Below are positions 50,256 through 62,990 of a DNA stretch of 64,000 nucleotides, piece after piece (within the stretch, counting starts at the first letter, position 1; each line of letters starts with the position of its first letter). This DNA is from Octopus sinensis (lineage: Eukaryota), in contig NC_043000.1 in the NCBI RefSeq assembly GCF_006345805.1, positions 54,808,001 to 54,872,000 of the forward strand, written 5' to 3'. A program made the translations under genes and the position numbers. The notes below the pieces were generated by a model. That model was not told the DNA's origin and made no database searches. It saw only the letters and a program-made list of their open reading frames with translations.

Positions 50256-50929
50256 GAGAGTATGATAGAAGAAGGCTAACTCTTCCTTCCGTAGGAGAAA
50301 AAATTCAAATCGAACCATGTTAACACCAAAAATTATTTACATCAAGAAGGTGCCTTTTTTTGTATGAAAATCCCTATTTTTTACGATGTTTTGAGTGCTG
50401 TGTCGCCATTTTTCTGTGTATTTCACTTAAAGAGAATAACAAGCTACATACTGCCAAATTTTTACTTTTCAAAAATTCCAATTCTAAAAGGTCTAAACAA
50501 ACCGCAACGCTTGCTGGTATCTCAAAGAAATATTTTTGCATTTCCTATAAGAAATATATAAAAAAAACAGCGGTGATAACATCGTTTGGAAATCAAGAAC
50601 GTATAAATGATTTCCGTAGAATCCAAAAACTCTCATCTAGAAGCAGGTTCTAGAAGAGCAGAAAGATGTAATGCATTAAAGAAATATATAAACTTTATGA
50701 CGAAGAAGATATTGAATTTTATACAAGTTCACAAGACCGATGTTTTTAAACGTTGTAGATAAATACACTACTGGTACTTAAGACGTTGAAGGTGAAGAAT
50801 AAGATGGACAAGTGTTTCTAGGTAGATATTACTAAAGCCCATGAAAAGATTAAACAGTCACGCACATAAGCATATATGTGACGAGAGAGGGAGAGAAGGT
50901 AACAAGGAGGTGAACTTATATGTGTAAAT

Positions 50930-51020
50930 ACACACATGTGTATATATATATGTACATATATATACATGTATATATATACATACATACATATATATAATAT
51001 ATATATATATGTATATATAT

Positions 51021-51069
<49 letters not shown>

Positions 51070-51081
51070 TATGTATGTACA

Positions 51082-51129
<48 letters not shown>

Positions 51130-51139
51130 CACATACGTA

Positions 51140-51171
<32 letters not shown>

Positions 51172-51215
51172 CATATATATGTATGTACATCTATATATAT
51201 ATATAATATATATTA
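50930..51215. repeat. interrupted (TA)n array
   Basis: Directly visible. Confidence 0.95.
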
Positions 51216-51219
51216 CATA

Positions 51220-51400
51220 GGGGAGAATTCACAAAAATAAACAAAAGACAAAGACAGGAGGTGTAGACAACACACAGATGTATTAGTATAACGCTCGGGA
51301 AGTGAAAAAGTCTCTAACGTTTCGAGCCTACGCTCTTCCAGAGAAAGGGACACAGAAAGAAAGAAGGAGAGAAAGTAAAGAATGTGTAGTGGCTAACGAT
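51220..51400. repeat. short interspersed repeat family D (copy 2)
   Basis: Aligns with 27112-27290. Confidence 0.75.
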
Positions 51401-51942
51401 CTGTATGTATGTACATATCTATATTCATCATGCATGTATATTTATATGCACATAATTACATATGTATATACGAGTGTATATGTGCATATACGTGCGTAGT
51501 TGTAGTAGAGGAAAATCTTGAAGCGAAAACCAGCAATGATTCCGCTACAGACTCAAAACTCAAACATTTTGGATATATGCTTTTTTTCCTCAGGAGAGAT
51601 TCGTCAATAGGAAGAAAGAAATGTTGATTTTAAATATTTGAAAGCATATAATCGAATAGCAATCTCCCTTCTGATAGATTATGTTAGTAAACTAAAATTA
51701 CACACATCCATTAAAACCCGAAGACAAACACAGACATATCGATATTTCTGTTTAAATATACAACTTGTGCAAGTTACGCATTCATTCAAATGAAGTCACA
51801 TATGAAGGTCAACAGAATATTAGTGTACCAAGTATAGACGGATGTAGATGGAAACGCGCATGAAGATATATTCAATCAAACATATCCATTTACACACGCA
51901 CCGAGACGTATATGCGTAACTATGTGAGTATGTGTGAATATT

Positions 51943-51977
<35 letters not shown>

Positions 51978-52464
51978 AACGCCACGCATTCTCTTCCAAG
52001 TTATATATATATAATATATATATATATATATACACAAAGAGTCACAATCAGTTGTGTGTTTGTGTGTGTATATACATATGCGTGTGAGTGTAACTAGAAA
52101 GCGGAAATTTTGCTAATAGAATTAAGGAAGCCATCTTGCTAACTTCCTTTTTCAATTTGTCAGTATATAAATCCATTACTATTTCTGGAATTGTTAATGA
52201 TAACTTCGGTTCTCAATAAATACCTTGGCCAAGAACGTGAAATAAACTCCCGATATTATGTAAGTCATACAGAAATACGTACATTGACTCTCATACACGG
52301 ACACATTTAACTATGCACGCACGTATGCACGCGACTGTAGTATATACTTATACGTGTGTATGTGGGTAAAAATGTAATATGCAGTGTGTAAACATATATA
52401 TGTATATACATATATATACATACATATATATATATATATATATACATACATGCACACTCACACT

Positions 52465-52496
<32 letters not shown>

Positions 52497-53052
52497 CATA
52501 TGCATATACATATATAGAAGGCCACGAATGACCCGTCTTCTTTTTCTGTCCCCCTAATTGTTCTTTCTCCTGTCCGCCGCCCGCCTTTGTATCGTCTATC
52601 TGTTCGAAAGTTTTATTGTCTTCTATTGTGTTTTTGTTCCCTATTATTAGTGTCTGCGTGTGTGTGTGTGTGTGTTTACATATGTACGTTATATTTATAT
52701 ACATATATATATAAGTTTGTGTACGCGTATGCATATGTATGCGTGTGTATACTTAGATACACACATATCCACACGTAGATTTATATACGAGTGTTCCGTG
52801 GCATATATATATATACATGTCTGTGTTAGTGACCATATGGGTATATTTATACGAGTTAGATGCTATCATGAGTCTATATCACGTTGCTAGCAAAATTATT
52901 TGTTAGTAATCAACTTAAATTACATCCATCGGGTTAGGCTACATATATATCCACTGTATTATTATTTCTTTTAACTATTTTTTCTTAAATACTTCACAGT
53001 TTATTAATGCCTTTCGTCTACCAAGTTTATATACATACATATATATATATAA

Positions 53053-53565
53053 CTAGCAGTATCGCCCGGCGTTGCTCGGGTTTGTAAGGGAAATAACTAT
53101 AGAAGCATTTTTAGAGAGTTACTTCCCTTATAGATGCCAATTCGGGCTTTCTTAGCCATTTCTGTTTTGGTGTCTTCAAGCCATGAAGTCGTTGTTCTAA
53201 AAGAACGCTGGTCTCCTTGACAACGCTTTACGATGTTGATTTCCTTACACTCCCTTCCCCACAGCTTCACGAGGGAGGGAGGAAGGGGGAGGAGCAAACA
53301 GGTGCAGGTGTGACCATGGACGCCAACTCCGCCGCCATCGACACACGAAAAATTATGCATTAAAATGGAATAAAAAATGATGTTAAATTATTTTTAAAAT
53401 CGTAGACTCATCGTAGAAGCGCGCTAATACGCAGACGGGCTTGATATGAATCACGACTATAAGATACCCGAATTTGGTTAAACTGCACCGCAAAATGTTG
53501 GAGTAGTTAGGAATCTAAATCGAAGGGGACAGACACTCACACAACTACAGTTTTATATATATAGA
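53053..53565 (-). mobile_element. complete non-autonomous Helitron (copy 2)
   Basis: Minus strand A|TCTATATATATAAAAC...CCCGAGCAACGCCGGGCG...CTAG|T: TC start, subterminal hairpin, CTAG end, AT target. Confidence 0.85.
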
Positions 53566-53934
53566 TATTTAGAGAAATCTGTCGGGCCGAATATACTAGT
53601 TATTGTTGAATGTGTCTATTATAACTATAGTAGTAAGAGAGTTTTGGGTATGGTAGTTAATAACACCTTTGAACGTAAACACCGTGAAAATCAAATAATT
53701 AGAAAGTCAATATAATGTTCGAAGTAAATATAACACTGTTTCTCGTATATCTTTTTTACTGCCCACTCTCTGTAGTGGTTTTAACGTAGCCTATGAGTTC
53801 GAGCAATAGAAGTGTAAAAAGGAAGTTTGGTAGACATCTTAATCTAGTTTAGGTTATAATAATCACACAAATACACACATATACATATATACATACACAC
53901 ACACAGACACACACATATATATATATATATATAT

Positions 53935-54153
53935 CACGTGATCACGTGACCGACCAGGCCATCAGATGTTGCTACACATCGCTGGTCACAATGCGAGCAG
54001 GCCAACAGAAGAGAGAGTGAGAGTAATTTACGGCGAAAGAGTACAGCAGGGATCGCTACTACCCACTGCCGGGGCCTCGTAGAGCTTTAGGTGTTTTCGC
54101 TCAATAAACACTCAGAACGCCCGGTCTGGGAATCGAAACCGCGATCGTACGAC
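53935..54153 (-). mobile_element. truncated and deleted copy of tRNA-SINE family E
   Basis: Aligns to 54345-54612, with a deletion of about 50 bp after TGGTCACAATGCG. Confidence 0.8.
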
Positions 54154-54320
54154 CGGTGTTGGTGTGTTTACGCCCCCGCAAATTAGCGGTTCGGCAAAAG
54201 AAGGCGATAGAATAAGTACTATGCTTACAATGAATAAGTCCTGGGGGTCGATTTTTTCTACTAAAGGCGGTACTCCAGCATGGCCGCAGAGAAATATCTG
54301 AAACAAATAAAAGAATAAAA
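54154..54320 (+). mobile_element. SINE family A 3' half fused to the preceding SINE
   Basis: CGGTGTTGGTGTGTTTAC...TAGCGGTTCGGCAAAAG...GGCGGTACTCCAGCATGGCCGCAG...AAATAAAAGAATAAAA. Confidence 0.8.
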
Positions 54321-54344
54321 ATTTATATATACATATATATATAT

Positions 54345-54652
54345 ATCTCACGTGATCACGTGACCGACCAGGCCATCAGATGTTGCTACACATCGCTGGT
54401 CACAATGCGTTTCATATTGTTTTAGCCTTCAAATGACGCCACCCCGCTGGCTAAGCGAGCAAGCCAACAGAAGAAAGAGTGTGAGAAATTGGTGGCGAAA
54501 GAGTACAGCAGGGATCGCTACCACCCACTTCCGGAGCTTCGTACAGCTTTATTTGTTTTTGCTCAATAAACACTCACAACGCCCGGTCTGGGAATCGAAA
54601 CGGCGATCGTACGACTGCGAATCCGCTGCCCTAACCACTCAGCCATTGCGCA
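54345..54652 (-). mobile_element. tRNA(Arg)-like SINE family E, full length
   Basis: Reverse complement TGGCTGAGTGGTTAGG (A box), TTCGCAG loop, GTTTCGATTCCC (B box), TTGAGCAAAAAC core, TCACGTGATCACGTGA tail. Confidence 0.8.
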
Positions 54653-54656
54653 TCCA

Positions 54657-54672
54657 CTCTATATATATATAC

Positions 54673-54752
<80 letters not shown>

Positions 54753-54781
54753 ATATTATATATATATATATATATATAATA

Positions 54782-54805
<24 letters not shown>
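54657..54805. repeat. (TA)n microsatellite
   Basis: Directly visible. Confidence 0.95.
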
Positions 54806-54812
<7 letters not shown>

Positions 54813-57139
54813 TCGATATGCACATACATTTGTGTACATATGTATGCATGTTTGTATTCTTTTAGAGAAGACAGTTCGTATGTTATTGCATAGTTTGTAT
54901 CACTATGTTATTGTAATCTGTTAGATTATGTCTGTGTCTTTAATGTGTATGATTAGGAACGAAACCTTATTTGGACCGTGTTTAATGTAGTTTTGAATTG
55001 AAAACTGACGGATGCTTAATTAAATATAATAGTGACAGTGTCAGAACCGCACTGCCAGCCGATAAAAAGCACCTTTGCCTTCATAATATCTGTCTTTAAG
55101 CTGAAGTGCCATCGCATGTCTAATTAAATATTTTGAAGGAACAATGTGTCTTCATAAAATTCACTCAACTATACGACCTCGCTCTGGAGATGATTGAATT
55201 CTTGTTTTCAATGAATCATTAAACAGGCAACAAAGTAAAAATCAATTACGAACTGCAAGCACCTCATCAATTTCACTGAATATAGAAATCTCACTACGAA
55301 GTGCTGCGACACTGTTTTGTAATGTATGATATCGTCGATGAAACAGACACAAATAACAGAAGCTCGACAGAAGAAAATATTTGAAGAAACAAATAAATTT
55401 ATTCAAAGGGATCACTACACGAACTGTTCATAATTCAGAAACTGTATGTTGATGTGGAATATTAAAGAGAATACAAGCCTATATTTGTCACACAGTCGTA
55501 ATATTTTGTTTTCGTTTAAGAAAAGCGTTTATTATAGATTTTCTTGATTTGGAGAATATTCTTTATTTGAAAAAAATTACATAATTGCATAAGTTTTACC
55601 TAGCATTATGTATTTGTATGCATTTCTTTACACACGTTACAGACTTTCTTGGGTAAATATTTATGAATATATCAATATTTGTACTCGTATGTGCGTGATT
55701 TAAATATCTGCCCTCTCATTTTCAGTAATCAAATATCGTTTGATTTACAATATCATCCCCTACGCTGGTTCTGTTAACTTTCAAAAGTGTTTGCTAAAAC
55801 CAACGAGCGGTAGACATTCTTAATTACAACAATTTAACCGTTAATGTTCCATAGAGAAAAAAATGAGTACCTGTGTATGCTCTGTTGTTATACATACACT
55901 GATAATTTGTTTACCGCAGGTGGTCTTGTTGCTATTTTATTCTGCGTCATATTAACAAACAAACACTCACACTAACCATTTTAAGAAGGTGGTCATTCAA
56001 ACTTACCTGAATAGTCCTTGTAAGAACTCGCATTATTCCAAAAAATAGTGTCTATGTAAAACCTTCAGTTTCCCTGCTAAGAATATGACATCTAAAACTA
56101 GAAGACATTTCTAACTGATCGATATGGATATCACTAAAATATCAAGGTTTTTCTTTTTTCATCATATAATCGAGCATAGCAACAACCGCACAATTATTCG
56201 TCCAGAGTATAGAGTATTATTTTTGGCCTTAAAATACGAGAGATTTTTAAAGATATTACGATTGCTATTTGTTTTGCACTTTATTACATTAAAATTCTTA
56301 ATTTACTCAAGAATTGTAATGAATAGCATTTTTTCCCTTTCATTTCCGTGGAAACATTATTAGAGCATGACGCCGTCTGGATTTGACATCTGTGTTCCTT
56401 TAGATTATTAGATGATGCCTGTCAAAATAAACACACTCACTCACAAATGAATACTGCTTGCCTTTTTAATATTTTGCGTCGGTATATGTAGTATTGGTGC
56501 ATTCCACAAATAGAAGTCATAATTATGTTTTGTTCTTTCTCTAAATCGGCTAATTTGTGCAGTAGTTTACTCCCATTATTTCTACATCACCTGCAAAGAA
56601 AGTAGTTCATATAACTTTTTCCTCGCATCACCAACGATTGATGTGCCAGACATTTCGTCTGTATATATCGTTTGGTAATTTCTAGCATACATGTTCCATT
56701 TGTTTTTATTTAAACTCTGTTGTAGATGTTTTGTAGTCCAAAAGTTTTACTATTCTACAGTATTTTATATGAAATATAGCAATATAATAACATTACCTTT
56801 GTTAGCTTATAACGGGTTATACAGTTTTTAATGCTATTTAAAAACACTGAAATCGTTTCTAAATAGTATTCGGTCAAAACTTTACTTCTATTTAATTTTT
56901 AGACATTCTCAAAAAAGGGTAGACAATTTCTAAAGACTGCAGGATTTGTTCCACAAAATAGTATATATTTCCACAAAAATATTTAACTGACAAAATTTAT
57001 TTGAAATCAATTTTAAACTATAACGTCTGTATCTATATAGTAGAGAACTTGCGTGTTATGCACCGTCATATACCACTTGGTAGCCTTCTAAATCATCAGC
57101 TATTATAAGCACTCCCACATTCGCCACCTAAATATACAT

Positions 57140-57184
57140 GTATATATACATATATACATTTATATATATATATAGAATATATAT

Positions 57185-57246
<62 letters not shown>

Positions 57247-57297
57247 TACATTTATATATATATATATATATATATATATGAGTGTGTGTGTGTGTAT
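57140..57297. repeat. (TA)n microsatellite
   Basis: Directly visible. Confidence 0.95.
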
Positions 57298-57446
57298 TGT
57301 CAATGAAACATGTATCAGAAACAGAAGCACACTCTGAAGAATAGAGTATTAAGTATTAAAACATACAGTTAAAGTTTAGTGATAGAATGACCAATGGTTC
57401 GTGCCATAGTTACATCAACACCAGTGCCACCAGCAACACTCTTTGA

Positions 57447-57764
57447 CCAGAACGCTACCAGAGATACACTAGGAATGCGTATATAACCAGCACCCAAGCC
57501 TGTAAATACATCGGATCGGCCAGCACAGCTTTCCAGCGACGTTTTTGTAACCACCAGTCACTGTCAGAGTTCCAGAAAGACGTTTGTTTTGTAATGTTCT
57601 TCGCCAGCTATCTGGAGCACCACAAAGATCAAGTGACCCCATATGATATCGGGTGGAAGTTCATAAAACATCCCGGTCCATATATTATTGGGAGTGGGCG
57701 CTGCAAAATCTGCATCGCAGAGCAAACCACAATTCTTAAAACCATGCTAATTTTGGCGGGTTAA
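57447..57764 (+). mobile_element. Penelope-like (Neptune-type) GIY-YIG endonuclease fragment; a Met-less open frame missed by the ORF track
   Basis: Hand translation: ...RNAYITSTQACKYIGSASTAFQRRFCNHQSLSEF...FASYLEHHKDQVTPYDIGWKFIKHPGPYIIGSGRCKICIAEQTTIL. It has the YIG, RF-x-NH and C-x2-C-x2-E motifs of PLE endonucleases. Confidence 0.8.
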
Positions 57765-58097
57765 ATAATAGTAAAGATTTCTCAAAATTTGTTCATTTGA
57801 AGCTATACTGACTGGAAAATTGGGTCTCCCAGTTTGCTATTTAAGCTAATACGAGACCTTAACGAAAGAGATCGGAGATTCCATTTATCTTTAGGCCAAG
57901 GGGAGATAACCCGCTCTCAACAGCTTTTTTCTTTGTTAGCCATTTGACACGTTTTTGTCCTAGCGATTTTCCACATCCGCGAGGGGAAAAGTTAAATTTG
58001 GTTTTGTGTAAAGTCTTACCAGCTGTACACAAGGTTGTTGCTTCCATGAATACTAAACCGTTGTTCACACTATGGCCAGACTTTAACTTTATGTTTT

Positions 58098-58131
<34 letters not shown>

Positions 58132-58324
58132 AACGTCTCTCGTTCTATCTCTCACACATATATGCAATTTTTACAATTGCATGAACTAAAATAGGGAGAA
58201 GCACGGGATAAACTACCTGCATCAACTTGCTATAAAAGCAGGTAGTACTTTTACCTTGACCTATTCTTAGTGCAAGTTTTGAAGAATGCATTTCGATGTT
58301 AACAGCTACTTTTTCAAAGCCATA

Positions 58325-58980
58325 ATGGAAGCGGCAAAGGAGCGTAATCGGCATATTTTTCTTCATGAGTTCAATAAAGGCAACGACGCAACAGAAATTG
58401 CGAGGAATATTAATTCAATATATCGGTATCGAACAAAAATTGTAAGCCAGTGACAATGGTGATTCCAGAAATTCCGAGCCGACAACTACAGCCTAGAAGA
58501 TGAACCTTGTCCTGGAAGATCTGTAGAGCTCGACGAGGACGTTCAGCAAACCCTTGTGGAACAAAATTCCATCGTAACAGTTGAGGAACTAGCAGAGAAG
58601 CTTGGATTTAGTCATTCAACCCTTCATCGACAAAGGCGCGCCATCGGAAAACTCAGCAAATTGGCTCAATGGGTTCCTCACAAGCTTCTCGAGACTAATC
58701 GCACGCAGTGAGTGAAAGTGTAATTTTCTTTGCTGTCACTTCTCACGAATAAACCTTTGTTTGGACCGAATAGTGATTGGTGACGAGAAATGTGTTCTCT
58801 ATAAAAATGTCAAGTGCTGAAGACTATGGGCACGAAAGGCCAAAGAAGGTGTTATTAACTGTTTCGTGGAATATGATATGATTAGTCCACTTTGAACTGT
58901 TAAACCCAAACCAAACGATAACAAAAGAGATCTACTGTGAGCGGCTTGAGCGGTTAAAATCAGCGCTAGAAGGGAAAAGT
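58325..58980 (+). mobile_element. mariner transposase fragment (cecropia-like), decayed
   Basis: MEAAKERNRHIFLHEFNKGNDATEIARNIN...SLEDEPCPGRSVELDED...QWVPHKL...IVIGDEKCVLYKNVK, with stops and deletions. Confidence 0.85.
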
Positions 58981-60528
58981 TTGGCGGAATTTTGCTGTGA
59001 TGTAATCTAAGAAGGCCTCAATAAAATGTTGCCGAAAAAAAATGTTGTGAATTCCGAACCCAAGTCGTGTATTTGTGTTATATATACGCTATACATGGAA
59101 CCATCCCTGAATTTGATCTATAGCGTTATGTATATATGCGTTTCCTCTATGTGTATTTATATATAGATATTAATGTGTAGTTGTATATGTGCATACTTAC
59201 AACATACAATCTGCAAACGACAACTTTAAGTTACTCCAGAGTATTGTAAGCGCACTACTCAGCCTTCCCTAGTGTCCTATACGCTGTAATACCTATATTC
59301 TAAGGATTCCTGCAACTAGAAATTATACGTATATATGTATATTGTTGATACGTTGAGAAAACGTCTGTCAACTTAAGCATCTCTTGAGGAAACATTCATG
59401 CATGTTTTTTAAATAAGTTATAAGGATTATATTCCAAGTACCTGAGGTAAATGTTTTGTTCCGTTTTACTGATTCTTTATAGTCTATAATCTTATTAATG
59501 CATGTCATGTCACGTTCAAATTACCTTCTCAATTCAATCATAAAATATGTAGTATTTGATTAACTCTTATTACAAATGAATTATTACGGAATCTCTTTTC
59601 GGCATATTGTTTATTGCGTATCTATAACCTTCATTTTTATTCAAAGCTATATAAAGGGAAGTTGATGATTGTTTCGTTTTCTTATGTAGAGCTCTCAGCA
59701 GAGTAAGTTTCCTAATGATTCGCAATGAAATACGAAATTATTGCTACTCTGTGACCAAGTTGCATTTTTATATATAAGTTCTCTTTAACCAGAATACATA
59801 CACAACATTCTTTATGTAATGCTTCATTTGTCATATAAATTACAATACGTGTGATAACGACTTAATCCTAACACCTTTATTATAATCATTGTAAAAAATA
59901 TTATGGTTCAGTTACATATAGTTATCGAAAATATAAGGATTGCATTGAAATGTATACAGTTAAATACGTTTTACAGTGTTTTGTACTGCAAATAAGATAG
60001 AATTACGAGTAAATATTCGAGGAAATGGAGAGATACTAGATTCCCTTTGTCACAACTCGCTTTCTTTCGTAAGTGAAAACTAGCTGTGAATTCAAAAGTA
60101 TCGGATTTAGTTTTAAAATTTTCCACTCTTTTACTAAACATCATAAATATAAAGATTTTGTAAAATGATGCATTTGCAAACAGTAATCAATTTTCAGTAG
60201 ACAACTCAACAAAAATATTTCCATAAGGCAAAACATTTATGATATGCATGAGATAATTGCAAAGTTAGCGAAACTCCATATAGAATGCAAGTTTAGAATG
60301 CAGTGTTTAGTTTCTGATTTATAAACTGTATCTCCAAGACAAGAAGAGTGTCGGACAATAATATTCTAATATACAGGACAAGTTCTGAGTGAGTAAAGAC
60401 TTGATAAATGTTATCCAATTTTCAGTGGAAGAAGCAGTATTGGAATTTTATAGTTATAGATTAAGAAACCGATGCAGTAAATACAGCCCTGTTGAATATA
60501 TTTGCATATGGATTAACGGAAAATAGTA

Positions 60529-61791
60529 TTAGGTTGGCAACTAAGTTCACGCCGTTTCTTTAAATTTTAATTCTTTTCAAAGGTTTAATAAGAAATAACA
60601 ACTCATTAATCAATAATGTATTCACCCTTGTTCTTTACAACTTCTACCTCGTTGGTAGAAATCACCCGATTTCGACTCGAAAAATTGATCTAACCAAGCT
60701 CTCAATACTGCATCAGTATTAAACGAAACTCCGCGCATAGCACTTGAAAGAGATCGAAAGAGGTAGAAATCCGTTGGTACCAAATCAGGAGAGTACGGTT
60801 CGTGTGCCAGCACTTCCCAGCCATGCGTTTGAATGGCGTCCTTGGTCATATTAGCGATATGAGGGCGGGTGTTGCCGTGCAGCAGAAGAACTCCATGCTG
60901 CCGATTAGATCTTTTCTCTTAAATGGCCGTTTTGAGTCGTCCCATTTGTTGAACATAGAGTTCCACGTTGACCGTTTAGTTCCGTTCAAAGGATTTGTAA
61001 TGGATAATCCATTCCCAGTCCCACCATATGCACAACATCGTTTTACGTGGACAAAAATCTTGTTTCACGCGCGGTGTCGCTTGTTTACTGGGGCTAAGGC
61101 ATTTCTTATGCTGCTTCATAAAGATGAACAGGCACCATTTTTCGTTGCCAGTAACGATTCGGCAAAGAAAGCATTGCTTGTGTCCATGAGTTGAGCGGTG
61201 ACGAGCAAGCAAACCAACGGAGATTGTGGCTCATTGATTTTGGTTGTTGTCACTTAAAGCATGCGGAACCCATACTCCATAATTCTGAAACTTTCCCATC
61301 GAGTGAAGATGTTTCTCTATAGCAGTGTTGGAGAATTCTAATTTCCCTGCCAGTTCCCTTGTCGTTTGACGAGAATTTTCATACAAATGTTGGGTTAATC
61401 GCTCTTCATCTAACTCAACTGGACGACCAGATCAAGGTGCGTCTTTGACGTCAAAAGTTCCATTTTTGAACTTGGCATATCAATCTCGTGCGGTTCTTTC
61501 AGCTATGGCACCGTCTCCACACACAGTCCAAATGTCGCGAGCAGCTTTTTCGGCCTTAGAACCTTGATTTAAAAACAAAACCGTGTCGGAAATACTCGTT
61601 TTAGTTAAGTTGACATTCCATCTTAATGATATGAAAATAAACAAAAATTAACTAAAATTAACTAGAAAAAAACAATACCTTCCAAAATGATTGAAAAGTA
61701 GAATTTTCGTTAAAAAATAGATTCCAAATTTAAAAACGCAACAAATTCAAAAATTAAAACGAAAACGACGGGAACTTAGTTGCCAACCCAA
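60529..61791 (-). mobile_element. near full-length mariner (cecropia-like, DD34D type) with TIRs and TA target duplication
   Basis: TA|TTAGGTTGGCAACTAAGTTCACGCCGTTT ... AAACGACGGGAACTTAGTTGCCAACCCAA|TA, 1263 bp. Contains WVPHAL and YSPDLVPTDFYLF. Confidence 0.93.
60622..61621 (-). pseudogene. mariner transposase pseudogene
   Basis: MECQLN*...; the first catalytic D is mutated (TGNEKW) and the second is mutated (HGNTRPH); several stops. Confidence 0.88.
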
Positions 61792-62616
61792 TATTATACG
61801 CAATGATTTCTGGTTTCGACATCAATTATTGTGACTACCACAGACGAAAATCATCTGTCTGAAGCGAAATCGGCAAAATGAGATTTCAGCATAAGCAACA
61901 AAATACACTGCTTGGATAATGCGCCATCTGATATATCTAAAATCTGATGAAGAAAGATATTTAGAAATTTTAACTAGATTGTAATATTGTAGAATGTCGT
62001 CTCTTATTTAAAATAAATCTTATATATACATTCTCTAAGAATGTACAAGTTGATGAAATTAGCTATTTCCTTTCAGCTTAGAGCAGAAATGCAAAAACGC
62101 GTAAGTGAAAACTGACTGACTTAGCGTAATCACCAGGCTTATGAAATAGAGGAGGAATCTGAAAGATATTATCTTATGTAAATAATTCCAATACTTGTTA
62201 ATCAGATCTGGTTTGAGATGATATAATTTGCCTTAAGCTGACATAAGCTACGATATACAGAAATATGTTATTGTATATGTGGCAGGGTTGAGAATGAGAA
62301 AAAGAGAAAGGAACAGACAAGCAGGCTAGAAGACAGAGTTTATTTCATTTCTTAAGAAAATAATTATGTAGTTCTTGTGACGGATGGAAAAGTTAAAGTA
62401 TATACGGAAATTTTGTTTTTACATTCTGCATAAATTTCACAATTTTTAGCATTATCTGTAGATTATTAGCATGGCTTGTGTTATAATAGGTTTCACTCAA
62501 TGTATTAACTACAATCATTTGATATTTTATTCAATTGATACTTATCAGTATTAAATAGACCATCACTTGTTTCACTCACTTCCTGTACGACACATGCATT
62601 AAATATGTGCTCGGTA

Positions 62617-62651
<35 letters not shown>

Positions 62652-62654
62652 TGC

Positions 62655-62809
62655 ATCTTTTATCTTTTACTTGTTTCAGTCATTGTCATTAGACGACAGC
62701 CATACTGGAGCACGGGCTTGAATTTTTAGATAAATGAATCGACCCCACTACTTATTTATTTTTTCAAGCCTGGTACTTATTTCATTGGTCTCTTTACCGA
62801 ACCGATAAG

Positions 62810-62810
<1 letters not shown>
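62655..62810 (-). mobile_element. SINE family A 3' fragment
   Basis: Reverse complement CGGTTCGGTAAAGAGACCAATGAAATAAGTACCAGGC...GCTCCAGTATGGC...GACTGAAACAAGTAAAAGATAAAAG. Confidence 0.7.
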
Positions 62811-62875
<65 letters not shown>

Positions 62876-62879
62876 ATAT

Positions 62880-62914
<35 letters not shown>

Positions 62915-62990
62915 TCTGTGTGTGTGTGTGTACGTATGTATGTATATGTATGTATGTGTGTGCGTATGTATGTATATACAGAAACACACT
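62811..62990. repeat. (TA)n/(GATA)n/(GT)n microsatellite
   Basis: Directly visible. Confidence 0.9.

Noticed and set aside
55998-56030. Minus-strand MRVLTRTIQ|GTAAGT
   Set aside because: Good donor but only nine codons, with in-frame upstream stops and no supporting exon.
59670-59708. Possible 13-nt microexon (TTCTTATGTAG|AGCTCTCAGCAGA|GTAAGT)
   Set aside because: Not frame-preserving and expected by chance; cannot be supported without RNA data.
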